64,000 nucleotides of DNA from Octopus bimaculoides (taxonomy: Eukaryota): positions 38,073,637 through 38,137,636 of the forward strand of contig NC_068989.1 of assembly GCF_001194135.2 (NCBI RefSeq). The letters run 5' to 3'. A model generated the notes under the pieces. It made no database searches. It was given only the letters and a program-made list of their open reading frames with translations, and was not told the origin of the DNA. This document shows positions 11,936 through 24,040 of the stretch, piece after piece (position 1 is the stretch's first letter; the number at the start of each line of letters is the position of its first letter). A program made the position numbers and the translations under genes.

Positions 11936-13053
11936 TGACAGCATACAACTATTTAATTTGTATTGTTGTTATCAAAAAACTTTAAAAATTCTCATTTATG
12001 TTTGACATTTTTTTCTGGTGAGCTTCAAACCCTTTAATTGTAAAAGTTATTGTAGATAATAGAGTTATTTTAATTTCTTACAACTCATAACTAAATTTTA
12101 GTTTCAAATAATATTTCCTCTGTCCTTCAGGCCAACTCAGAGAATGACAAAAACCAATTAATAATTGTAAATTGTTTTCATAATCAATTAACATCATGCA
12201 TGGCCACCATGCTTTGATAAGATGCTCTATTTGAATTGAACTTACCTGCAAATTTTTACTTTAGGGATTCTCAATAATTGTTTCCAGTTTATGTTGAAAA
12301 AATTCTTCTTACAGACTTTCAATTGAATTCTTTTCCTCTTGGAAATATAATCTCCTTAAGCCATCTTACTACAACTCCTTTACCATATTTAATGATCTTC
12401 TCTATATCATTGTGCTCATCTTGCATTTATCATCTATGTGTTATTCTTAATTTCGATTTGTTTCTTTTAGTTTTAGGCTATCAGATTCTTCAGTTCTTAG
12501 GTGACTACTTCACTGCAAAACTGAAACCACACCTTATGACATCCTTAATATAGGAAGATATGTGTTTTGTAATAAACTAATCGATTTTATAATCACTAAT
12601 ATAATCATTGTTTAAACATGAGATATTTTGGGATAGTGAAATGGCTAGACATCTTTCTGAGTGCCTGAATTTATACATATGCTTTGGCAAACATTTTTAA
12701 AAGGATTTCCAATAAGTTCTATGTATACATATCAGTATTGTCTGCAAAGGATACTTTAGCCCGCTTAAGTAATGTTTTATAAACATATACAATTCTGAGA
12801 GGGTAGATATTAGGGTTGTTGTAATTGCATGGAGAAGAAGTATTTGCATATTTGTTCTGGAAAGATTTTTTCACTTTTGGCAAGCAAATGAAACGATACA
12901 TAAAGTTTATGAAAATTCTGGCATTGTTAAAATAAACACTTAGACTATAGAGAGGATTATACCACATAATATTTTGCTTGTTACTTTTGCATTTAGAAAT
13001 ACAAACGTTTTTCAGATTGTAATGCATTTTATTATGAAATCCATTGTCTTTAA

Positions 13054-13263
13054 CCCTTCATCATTCTCAATTAAGTGTAATGCTTATTTGCATTGTTTTG
13101 AATTAATCAAGCATTATCTCATAGCTTTGAGATTTTGATGAAGTGATTGTTATTTTTAGATTTACATTGAAGGGCAGGTGTTAGAAGAAGTTGGATCTGG
13201 TCAGCTTTAGCATACAATAGGTAGGATATTTGGGCTGGATATGCCAGTTTAAATGCTAAAGGG
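13054..13263. mobile_element. piggyBac-type MITE with TTAA target duplication
   Basis: ttaa|cccttcatcatt ... aatgctaaaggg|ttaa (TTAA at 13050-13053 and 13264-13267). Confidence 0.7.
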
Positions 13264-14069
13264 TTAAATGCATCATTATAATAAAAAACATCACAATTAA
13301 AAAAATTACTTATCATAGGAGAAGCTGCATATATTTATTTATGTAATTAACTGTGGGTAATAGTTGGAATTTATATAGATATTCTGCAAATTCCAATAGA
13401 GTATTTTCCAGTATCTAAATCTAGAGTTATATCTTTGAAAGTAACTATGCACAGATTCGCATTTCTTGTGATCTTGAACTCTGACTCATTGAGCATGTTC
13501 AGGAGCAATTCATACTTCACCAAGAAAATATGTCAAAGCATAACTTAACTCAACAAAGTAAAGACTCTTCCCATGTATACTTGTGTTAATTTACAAACCT
13601 CAGCTCTGTCATATGATCCCATGGTTGCACCAAACAATTCTTAGGCATTACATTTAACTCAAAATGAATTATTATGAAATAACTATGAATTCCTAGCTTG
13701 CATAACAATATCAATGTCCAAATCATTAATCAGAATAAAACATCTACTGAATTCTAAAGATTTTTGATGAAGATATTCAGTCACAGTTGGATAGAATTCC
13801 ATTATATTAAACTGCATAAATTTACAAAAGTTCTTATCATCTGTTTTATTTCAACACTTGATGACAGATTAGCTATTATTCTATAATGAAAGAGAAGTTA
13901 AATGCTAAAAATGAAATCTAATATATTTTTACTGACTTTACTCACTTAACTTTTTCCAGTATTTATTGATCTGCATTTGGGAGTGGCAAGAAAAGTATCT
14001 TTATAATCTTTAAAAATATTACATGGTAGATATAATACTCAAGATTCTATTCTTTCACCTACTTTTATT

Positions 14070-14846
14070 TGTAGTGTGCCAATAGATGACAGTACACAGT
14101 TGCATGCACCGTAAGAGCTATCAGTGAACTTTGGGAGGTAGTGCACTGAGTGACTTCTCTGTGCTTACTTCACAGGTTGTGAAATTTGTGTTTTTGTGAT
14201 CATGTCTGTGCTGTAGTCTGCAGAACAAAGTTGGAACAAAGAGCCAACGTGAAATTTTGCCTTAAACTTAGGAAGTCTGCTAGAGAGACATTGAGCATGC
14301 TTTGGCAAGCTTACTGCGATGAGGCAATGGGTTGTAGGCAATGCTTTGAGTGGCACAGGTACTTCAAAAGTAGAAGAACGTCTCTGGAAGATGATGAGCG
14401 ATCTGGAAGACCTGCCACAAGTGTCACCCCCGGAAATTCATTAGTTTGTGCATGAGGATCGTTGAAAGACAATCAATGACATTTTGAAGCATCTGATGGA
14501 GGACATTTAGCAAAAGCGACCGGATCTGTGGAGCATGAAGAATTGGATTCTTCACAACAACAATGTGCCCTGTCACTGAGCTCTCCTCATTTGTGAGTTT
14601 CTTGTCAAAATCAACATGATATCACTTGTTCACCAGATTTAGCACCTGTGGAGTTCCATCAACACTATTGCTGAGATCAAGAACAAATTGCAGGAGGTCC
14701 TCTAATGGAAAACCAAGCCAGATTCCAAAAGTGGCAGGAATGCTGTGCAAGGTGACTATATCAAAGGAGATGATGTTAAAACTTAGGTAAATCAGTTATT
14801 TTTTATTAAACATAACTAGTCTGGGAACTTCTTGATACCACCTTGA
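14070..14846 (+). mobile_element. Mariner transposon remnant (HTH + C-terminal part, centre deleted, 3' TIR)
   Basis: ORF 14186-14455 EQRANVKFCLKLRKSARETLSMLWQAYCDEAMGCRQCFEWHRYFKSRRTSLEDDERSGRP is a mariner paired HTH; downstream WILHNNNVPCH (cf. WILHHDNAPAH); end gtctgggaacttcttgataccaccttg is TIR-like. Confidence 0.85.
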
Positions 14847-14945
14847 AAGTTTGACCGTACCTGAAGAAATATTGATATGATCAAATTATTAAAAATTTTG
14901 TATGAAATATCTTGAAAGTTAAATGACAAAATAGCAAAAGAAATA

Positions 14946-15027
14946 NNNNNNNNNNNNNNNNNNNNNNNNNNNNNNNNNNNNNNNNNNNNNNNNNNNNNNN
15001 NNNNNNNNNNNNNNNNNNNNNNNNNNN
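14946..15027. other. Assembly gap (others: 25484-25783, 35101-35199, 37293-37302, 44744-45451, 52166-52301, 57319-57785, 58987-59159)
   Basis: N runs, mostly flanked by microsatellites. Confidence 0.99.
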
Positions 15028-15261
15028 AATAGTTAAAGTGTTCCTTTTAATGTTGTCAAGACTTTGCTAAACATTATAAGTAAATATATACCCAGAGACC
15101 ATAAACATTGCTTCAAGGTAAATGCATTCTGGGATCTTTAACTTAAACTCACATACACATTTATCTTTTATTTTTTATTTGTTTGAAGGAGGGAAGGGTA
15201 GAAACCTGCTCTTATTTACTGAAAGTATTTGAAACCAACAAAGCCACATCTTCCTTTTATG

Positions 15262-15400
15262 ATCACAACAGGAGATGAAACATGGGCATATCTTCAGAGG
15301 TTGGATTTGGTCAGTCTTGGCATACAACAGAAAAGATTTGGGCTGGATATGCTGCTTTAAATGCTAAAGAGTTAAATGCATCATTATAATAAAGAACATC
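15262..15400 (+). mobile_element. Mariner catalytic fragment (ITTGDETWAY) fused to a duplicated MITE end + flank
   Basis: 15262-15291 encodes ITTGDETWAY; 15300-15400 is ~85% identical to 13190-13292, including 28 nt beyond the TTAA. Confidence 0.65.
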
Positions 15401-16096
15401 TGCTTTACTGCCAAAGATGCATGATCACACTCATCTTTGGCAATAAATCATGCAGTCAACAAACTGGGCTGGTCATTGACTACCTATGCACTAAACAGAC
15501 AGAATTTGATGCCCTCCATCTTTCACTTTTTTGACACAATGAAGAGTCTTTAAAGATTGTGTTTTTATAGAAATGTGGTGAAAGTGGTTGCGAAGAAATG
15601 TGTACCTCATACACCAGAATTTTCTCAAAGAGGATGTAAGAGTTGGATTCAACGATGATAAAAATGCACCACCAGTCATGGAGGCAATGTTAAGTACAAA
15701 TTTTGTACAAAGGAAGATTTTATCTACTAACATGAGCAATTTGAACAACCTAAATCAATTAAGGAAAAAGCTATGACTACTTTTAGGACAACTCACATAT
15801 AGGCATGTGTATGTGCAAGAGAGAGAGAGAGAGAGGGAGAGAGAGAGGCAGAGAGAGAGAGAGAGAGAGAGAGGGAGGGAGAGAGATAGAGAGAGGATCA
15901 TATCCTGTAAATGTTTAAGATCATATCCATCATAGTCTGTGCAGAACACAATTCTCTGTTGCTATCCTGTTTTATAACCATTTTCTTCAAATTTTTAAAA
16001 ATTCTCTTTTCCCTTCTCCCTTTTCTCATTTTTGTACTCCTAGACCCCATTATAAGTGCATTCATAAATATATATATAAGAGAAGGAGAGAGGGAT

Positions 16097-16387
16097 ACAA
16101 GCCTGTATGTGATTAAAATTTGCTTCTTGACTGCATGGTTCTAGGTTCAGTTTCATTGAATGGCACCTTGGGTAAGTGTCCTCTGTTATATCCTAGGTTA
16201 ATCAAAGCCTTGTAAGTGGATTTAGTAGATGAAAACTGAAAGAAACTCATCATATACATATATGTATACATCTCTATGTATGTGACCTTGTGTTTGTCTC
16301 CCATTGCCACTTGACAACTGGTGTTGGTTTGTTTACACCCCTGCAATTAGCAGATCATAAAAGTGATCTGTAAACTAAGTACCACCC
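16097..16387 (+). mobile_element. SINE family B, decayed
   Basis: ggttctaggttcag...ggcaccttgggtaagtgtc...aagccttgtaagtggattt. Confidence 0.75.
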
Positions 16388-16399
16388 ATGTTCATCATT

Positions 16400-16930
16400 C
16401 TTTCTTCATATTCACCCTTACATACCAGTGATCTTAGCCTCTATAACTGTGCACCCTTCCCTCCCCCTACTTTTTGTATCATCTCCCTATTTCTCATCTA
16501 CATCAGTTTTATTACAATGCTGTTCCACACTCTACCCTTTTATGCTGCCAGTTACCTCCTACTCTCTGAGTCACTCCTATTTTCTTCAGCTTCACCCACA
16601 ACTGATATTCACCACTGACCATGCTATATCCTTTGCTTGCCATTCACCTGTGTCCCCTACTGGCCATTCTGTTGCTCACTTCACACTCGTGTACTTACCT
16701 ACCTATCCTATCACTTCTGTTCATCTGTCCCTATAGCCCTTATATCTATCCTCTTGTTCCTTGAGGTTACATCCTGACACCTCATCAACCCATCTTCTTC
16801 AGTCTCTTTCCAGCTGAGGTATCCGGATACTTCCTCTACAGCAAGTCACCTGTTCCTCTCCTCCTACCATACTTTTGTCTCTAAACACCTGATATAAAGC
16901 CACCTCTCTCAATACTACAACCCCACTCAG
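16400..16930 (+). repeat. Pyrimidine-rich unclassified dispersed repeat (related to 42700-43370)
   Basis: C/T-rich tract; shared motif ccttgagg(t/g)taca(tc/ct)ctgacacctcat at 16759-16785 and 43300-43326. Confidence 0.45.
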
Positions 16931-16949
16931 TAAAGGGGTCTTGACGTGA

Positions 16950-17340
16950 AAGTTTCTTGGTGACCTTGTTAATGCTGGTGACTTGAAAAAGCACCTTGTA
17001 CTCTCAGTAAATTAGTTGGTGTTAGGAAGGGCAACCAGCTATGTTGAAATAGACATTGGAGCTCAATGTAGTCCACTGACTCGTTAGATCTTGTTAAATC
17101 ATCCAATCCATGTCAGCATGGAAGATGGGTGTTAAATGATGATGATTGTAAGCATTGACCATCATCATTTAATATCCTTTTTTTCCCTGCTGGCATGGTT
17201 TGGACTGTTTGGTATGAACTGATGATCCAGGGGGACTTCACCAAGTTCCAATGTCTGTTTTGGCACAGTTTCTACTGTTAGATGCTTCTCCTACCATCAA
17301 CCACTTCACCAAGTGTACTGAGTTCTTTTATATATCTTGA
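16950..17340. mobile_element. Two old RTE 3'-UTR copies arranged tail-to-tail (+ 16950-17147, - 17160-17340)
   Basis: ...catgtcagcatggaagatgggtgttaaatgatgatga then atcatcatttaatatcc...gctggcatgg. Confidence 0.65.
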
Positions 17341-18903
17341 ACTTAAAGAAAGTCTTGCACAGTTTTGCTATTCATTTGTATATATGTAAGTATGTAGTTT
17401 GAAGATATATATATATATGTATATCTTCAAACTACATATATATATATATCTTCAAACTACATATATAGATATATATGTATTTATATATATATACACACAT
17501 AAGTATGTACATATGAAAGTGTATGCATATTTGTATGGAAGTGTGTAGGTAGGTCAGGAGAGATAGATGGACTAGTTGTCAAGAATGTTGAATTAAAAAA
17601 ATGTCTCAACATCGAATTCTTAATACAAAGTGATCTCCATATTATAATTTGTTTCTAACTTGTTCTATATTTTGATGTTAAGGGTATTTTGGAAGTCTCT
17701 TTGCAATATAGGTAATGTGGAAAATTTCTCGATATATTTATTTCTATTCTGTCAAATGGATGAATGCTCTGCAATAGAAGAAACCTATCAAGGGATTTTA
17801 GTTATTTATTATCTTTGGAGCCATAAATAATAGATATTTATATTAAACATATTTCTTATATTTAGAACAACTATTCACTTCATTAGTGGCTATAGTATTG
17901 CTGTAATAGTGTTTCTTATATACTGCTATTAGGAATAGAAGTCCTGGTTCTTTTTATAGATCTATTTGTATTCTTTAAAAATTTAAAGGTTTATAATTAA
18001 GATGTAGTAATGCAAATGAAAATTACAAATTTATTTATGAAGTATAAAATGGGTATTTCTATATATATGTTTTACTATCAAAGACAGATTTCAATATTTC
18101 TAGCTAGACTAAATTATTAGATTGATTCCCGTTTATTTTACTGTCTATCTGTAATGTCTAGAAAATGATAAATTACAGTTGTAACTTCTATTATTTTTAT
18201 TATTGAATTATTTATAGTTAGTGAGTATGAAGCATCCATACAGCCAATAACTGAGACAAATTTAGTAGTATTTGGTCATTTTAGTGCTTAATAACATTGC
18301 AATGAGAAGTTGTTATAGCCAAGTGGATAATGTATCAGTCATTTGTTTGAAGAGTCAAGAGAGTTTATCCCATAATTGCTGCTACCACACTAACCTGTTA
18401 TAAGAGAAGTTATGAAATTTGCATATTGGTTGTTCAACAGATATATGACTGAATCCTTTCCCATGAGGATAGTATGGAATAGAATCACTTTAATTCTTGT
18501 ATACCATGATATCTTTGAGATTGCAATAAATCATAAAATCAGAGTAATTATGATATCTCATAATAGCAGTGTAATTATGATATATGTGGGGTGCCAGTGA
18601 GATATGAATAACATGACTAATAGTAGAAAGTAGAGTGACACACCCTGTGTACTAGAATGGCTCCTAGATGAAGCCATTATAACAAAGACTCATAATTTTT
18701 ATCAACAATTTAACATCTACTTTAACATGCTTGCATGGGTAAGACAAATTTTTTATGGCTGGATGCCCTTCCTGTGACCAACTTTTAACTGATTCTAAGC
18801 AAGGTAATATTTCTTCAAGGTTAGCCAAGTTTTATACGAATTGGAAATGAATGACATCTCATTGGATGGGAGTGATGCAAATTTACAAACATTATGCAAT
18901 ATC

Positions 18904-18982
<79 letters not shown>

Positions 18983-19012
18983 ATACGCACACACACACTC
19001 ACACACACACAC
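18904..19012. repeat. (CA)n microsatellite
   Basis: Near-pure CA run (similar run at 21790-21890). Confidence 0.95.
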
Positions 19013-19014
19013 AT

Positions 19015-19170
19015 GGTGTGCTTCTTTCAATTCCTGTCTATCAAATCCACTCACAAGGCTTTGGTCAACCTAGAGCAATTATAGAAGACACTTGCTTAAG
19101 GTGCTGCTCAGTGAGACTGAGCCCAGGTCACACAGTTGAGAAGCAAGCTTCTAAATCATACACCCATGCC
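19015..19170 (-). mobile_element. SINE family B, 5' half
   Basis: aaatccactcacaaggctttgg...agaagacacttgcttaaggtg. Confidence 0.75.
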
Positions 19171-19919
19171 TAACAAATTTATATGAAGATATGTGACCTG
19201 GCAATTAGGGTGTTTGGTTCATGATTATAAAATATTGGGTTCATTTCCTGAACTGGGTAACACCCTGTGTCCTTAAGCAAGGCACCCCATTTCACATTGC
19301 TCTAGTCTACTCAGCTATAATAAGTACTTGCCAGATAATAGTGCAGCCCTATCTCCCTTCAGCTCTTATGTTCTGGATGTTCCAATGGGTCATAGGTGAG
19401 GGAGCCGAGAGGGTGTCTGTGTTTGCTCATGACTACGAAGGGGCCTCAATTTGTGAAAGCATTGTACATATTACCATGCCATACTTACTAGTGGTTGGCA
19501 GCTGTCTATACTGTGTAACAAATTTGTAACAATTGTTCAAACCAAGTATACAATCTCAGGGCTAGCTAAAGGTAACTACAACTTGAATAATGACCTGAAG
19601 CACTACTTTCATGTCAAGTGTTGGTGATATTCTAAGAAATATGAAAGGAAAATATGAAAATTATTAAACAAAATAAGACATTTTATTCTTATATTTAATT
19701 AATTCTAATGGACACTTTATTTCTGGATTTTCAGTTTCGTCAAAAACTTTAAAATTATGCATGTAAGTGCATCAAAACTGAGCTTGCCCAGAGCCTCAAC
19801 AACCCTAGGACTGGTTCTGTACAGTCTTTTTAGTGACACAACAAACTATTCTGCATATTAGTTCTACCCTCATCCACTTAATGTGTGTGTGTATGTGTGT
19901 GATTGCATTACACTAGACT

Positions 19920-20307
19920 TTGGCATCAAGAGCTATACTAACCCCCAAACTGGATGTCACTGTACTGTTCCAAAGATCCCATTGAATCTGTCTAGAGTGA
20001 GGACCATGTACAGCAGTAGCTTGTGATTCAAGGGCCCGCAACTATTTAATGCCTTGCCAAAATATCTGAGGGACCTTTATGAAGTAGGGGTAGATGTTTT
20101 CCAGAAACAATTTCTCTCCAAGGTCCCCGATGAACCTTTATCATGGCAAGAATCTCAAAAGAGGGCAACTTTATCAAACTCTACTCTTCACCAAAAGTCA
20201 GTAGCATAAGAATGACCACTGGAAAGGTGATGACACTGGTGGTGCTCCAGCATAGCTCCAACCTTTGGGATGAAACATATAATTTATGTGAATAAATAAA
20301 TAAATAA
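19920..20307 (+). mobile_element. CR1/L2-group LINE 3' end with (TAAA)n tail
   Basis: HCTVPKIPLNLSRVRTMYSSSL*FKGPQLFNALPKYLRDLYEVGVDVFQKQ..FLSKVPDEP matches the CR1-type ORF2 C-terminus; aataaataaataaataa tail. Confidence 0.75.
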
Positions 20308-21785
20308 CACAAATATGTATTTATAAAAAGTACTATAATTTCAATATAATACTGACATTGTAGAAAATTACTGAAGGACTTTGAGTAAAAATAAAATTAA
20401 TTAATCTATAATGAATGTTATTTAAGAGTACAACAGATTTTTCTATGCATCTCTTCTCTACAAGTAACCAATTCTATGGTTATTGTGCTATAAACTAGGA
20501 TAATTATACTATTAACAGTAAAAGTAAAACAATAGCAAGGATAATTAGTGATAGAAGATCTACTAAGAATACTGTAAAATCATCAGCATTCAGAGGCATG
20601 CATTGTCTGTTCTTCATTTTCTTTCTGTCTTCTTCCTTCACAACATTGTAATGGTTCATAGAAAATCTCTGGTGTGGAATAATGTAAGATTACTTTATGT
20701 CTTCTCCAACTTTATCAAGATATTGACTTTTAAGACAATATCAGTATGAGAATCACAAAAGTTAGTTCTATTTATCTTCTCTAATCTATAGTTGTCCGTT
20801 AATGAAATGGTACCGACATGTTGAGAAATGTTCATATCATATCATTTTATTTACATGTTTTTAGCCTAGTAGACATGTACAATATACTTTCTCTGAAGCC
20901 ATGGGTTTGTAGTTGTACATGAAATTTTTAAAAAAGTAGACAAAAAAAAGAGGAAATCATCAAATTCTTTTTGCTCCTGGCATTCTTGTAGAAAGACTGA
21001 ATTGCATAGACCATATTTTGACAACTGATGACAAAAAATATAGACTTAAAATTGCAGTAGATAGTTATAAAAATAGACAAAGATTAGATATAAGATGGTA
21101 ATATGGTAAATCAAGATGGATAAGGTAAATCATGGTGTGGGTATGTGAGGGAAGTAGAATTTTGTTACAATGGACAAAAAAAAATATGGAAGTGCACATA
21201 TTTGATCAGGAGGTAGCCAAAAGTAATGTAAATCAACTAATGCCTAAAAGAAAGAAAGTTAGTGTAAAGATAGAATAGTTGATATGAATCAAAGTAGAGG
21301 TAGCCTAATGTGAGGTGAAAATGATTTCAATATATATTATGTGGTACATGTATTGTATGCCTTCATTTTTATAATGTTTTAATACTGTATTGTATTTTAT
21401 ATGATAATATTGTATCAATTTATGTTTTTTCATGTCATTGTTTTGTTGAGAATATACATGTATCAATACAATGTGCTTCAATATCAAGACTTATAGTTTT
21501 CTTGTTTAACACCATGAAAATGTGCAGTGCCCATTGCCTTTTCAAGCTTTTGCAGCCAGGTGAGATGTGTGTGCTCAATATTCAGCTTGAATTTCTGAAG
21601 ATATATACCAGTAAGGAAAGCATTTGGAAGAGAGTAATTTTTGATAGTTGCATGCTTGGTAAAGAGGGATGATTATGTCTAGTATTAGATGTGAGAAGTG
21701 AAACATTGTGAGACTAAAGGAGTGATAGCTTAGATAGACAACCTTGTACACAAACACACACGTACATATACACAAACATAGATAC

Positions 21786-21893
<108 letters not shown>

Positions 21894-21977
21894 ATACATA
21901 TATATTTTGGTGTATATCTATGCATTTATATAAATTTCAGATATATGTAATAAGATATACAGATTGTGATGTGTGTA

Positions 21978-22010
<33 letters not shown>

Positions 22011-22539
22011 GTGTACAAATGATATGTACGTACACATGTACCTGAATGTATTCAAAACTATGCCAACCATTTTCCAGTTTCTTCCTCACTCTTTAGTTAT
22101 TCCAAGTTCACTCAACAGAACAATTGTCGGTTTCTCAGCGATGAGATTCTTTTGTTCGTATTTTTTTTTCAGACAATAATAATGTGCAGCATTTGAAAAA
22201 CTTTTATTTTTACTGTACTATTTATAGATTGGTCATTGATAGTGATGATGGTAATTGTAGTAATGGTGTTGGTAATGATCATGAGGATGATGATGATGAT
22301 GAGCCTAATAGATCAAATTTGAAGCATAAAAGTAAACTATTTCAGTTCTTTTTTTCAGAACATCCAACAACTTAGCTTATGTCTAACTAAATGCACCAAT
22401 TATTTTAGATATTTTCATTGTCCTTCACTTGATGTATCATTCAATATCATTCACAACACTCGAAGAATGATTACTGTATTTGTCCAAGAGCGGAATATCC
22501 TGTCTCTGTCTTCTAAATTTTATGGTCATTTTAGCAGCA

Positions 22540-22820
22540 ATTTTCTGCCAATATTCCATGGTTGAAAAGACATAAACACATCAACACCAATTGTCAAGCG
22601 ATGAGGTGAAGTGGTGGTGGTGGGGGGAAGACACAGAAAGACATACACAAAGACACACACAAACACACATATACAGACATGTATATATATATGACAGGCT
22701 TCTTTCAGTTTCTGTCTACCAGTTCCACTGACAAGGCTTTGGTTGACCTAAGGCTATATATAGTAGAAGATACTTGTACAAAGTTCCACATAATGAGACT
22801 GAACCCAAAACTAGGTAAGA
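22540..22820 (-). mobile_element. SINE family B, decayed
   Basis: acaggcttctttcagtttctgtctacc...acaaggctttggttgacc. Confidence 0.7.
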
Positions 22821-23246
22821 AACGAATATATTCACCACCACAATGAGACAGTAGCATACAGTAATAGTTACCAAGAATAACATACCAGTGCAGACAGGAA
22901 TCACACAAAAAGGCTAGACATCATAATCCAAAACAATGAAGAATAAAACCTGTAAGCTGACTGATATGACTATACCAACAGACTTTAACACTTGATCTAT
23001 GACAATACCAGCAGATTCTAACACTTCATCTCTGGAATGTGATATGTGACCAGCTAAACTACACCAGTATGAAAGGTAAAGTTGACCTTGGCAGAATTCA
23101 AACTCAGTGTTTAAAGCCAGATGAAATGCTGCTAAGATATTTGTCCTGCTAGCTAAATAATAATAATAGTAGTAATGATAATGATGATGATGATGATGAT
23201 GATAATAATAATAATAATAATAATAGTAATAATAATAATAATAATA

Positions 23247-23795
23247 AATGCCCTGATGCAGTACCAGGCAGTGGCTCTCATAGCTTCTGATCTTAACTGA
23301 TTGGAAGTGTTATCATGTACATTGTTTTGTCTTGGTATAAAAGATGGGCTACAGCAAATATTCTGCTTAATACCACAGATTTGCTTGTCAGTTGTTTGAC
23401 TTAAACTAGTTGAACATGTCTCTTAGCGGCTGACGATACGTGCATTTCTGATCATGAGCAGCAGTAGTGGGGGAGCATCATCGCCATGTGTTGAGAGGAA
23501 TTCTTTGGGGTTTGGGTAATTCACTTCTGGAAACATGGGTGTTTCATTCAACATCCTTAAACAACCCTTATTCAGGGACCTTTTGAGCAGGATGGGCTAC
23601 TCGACCTGATGAAAATTCTAACTGGGCCCCACCTGCAAGGTCATGCGCTGTTAATCTTGATATGAGACCCCCATGTTGTGCAGATATGGTTGTGATACAT
23701 GTGCCTAGTGTACCCTTGTCAGATGGGTAGTCATGGTGGGTATATTGGGCTCCATATATTTTACCCCAGTGTCACTGCACTGCTCTCGCACTCAG
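23247..23795. mobile_element. ~550 bp non-coding interspersed element bounded by (AAT)n on both sides
   Basis: Complex, GC-richer sequence between (aat)n at ~23200-23246 and 23796-23838; no ORF, TIR or tRNA head seen; recalled as a recurrent octopus repeat (unchecked). Confidence 0.6.
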
Positions 23796-23838
23796 TAATA
23801 ATAATAATAACAATAACAACAACAACAACAATAATAAT

Positions 23839-24040
23839 CCTTTCTACTGGAAGCACAAGGCTTCAAATTTAGAGGAAGGGATCAAGGCGACTGCATCAAT
23901 CCCAGTGCTTGATTAATACTTACTGCAAAGATGAAATGCAAAGCTGACCTAAGCAGAATTTGAATTCAGAATGTAAGGATGGATGAAATGTCATTGAGCA
24001 TTTTGTCTGTTGTATTAACAACTCTGCTAGCTTACTGCCC
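23839..24040 (-). mobile_element. tRNA-derived SINE family C with (ATT)n tail (also 23050-23160, 26235-26420)
   Basis: Minus strand: gcag...gagttgtta head, ctgaattcaaattctgc B-box-like, gtcagctttgcatttcatc central domain, (att)n tail. Confidence 0.7.

Noticed and set aside
12719-15748. Phase-compatible minus-strand exon chain (15.75 kb, 12.92 kb, 9.68 kb; also 20.67 kb and 46888-47235)
   Set aside because: Both strands are open at these sites, the joined peptide is unrecognisable, and the strand cannot be decided without RNA data
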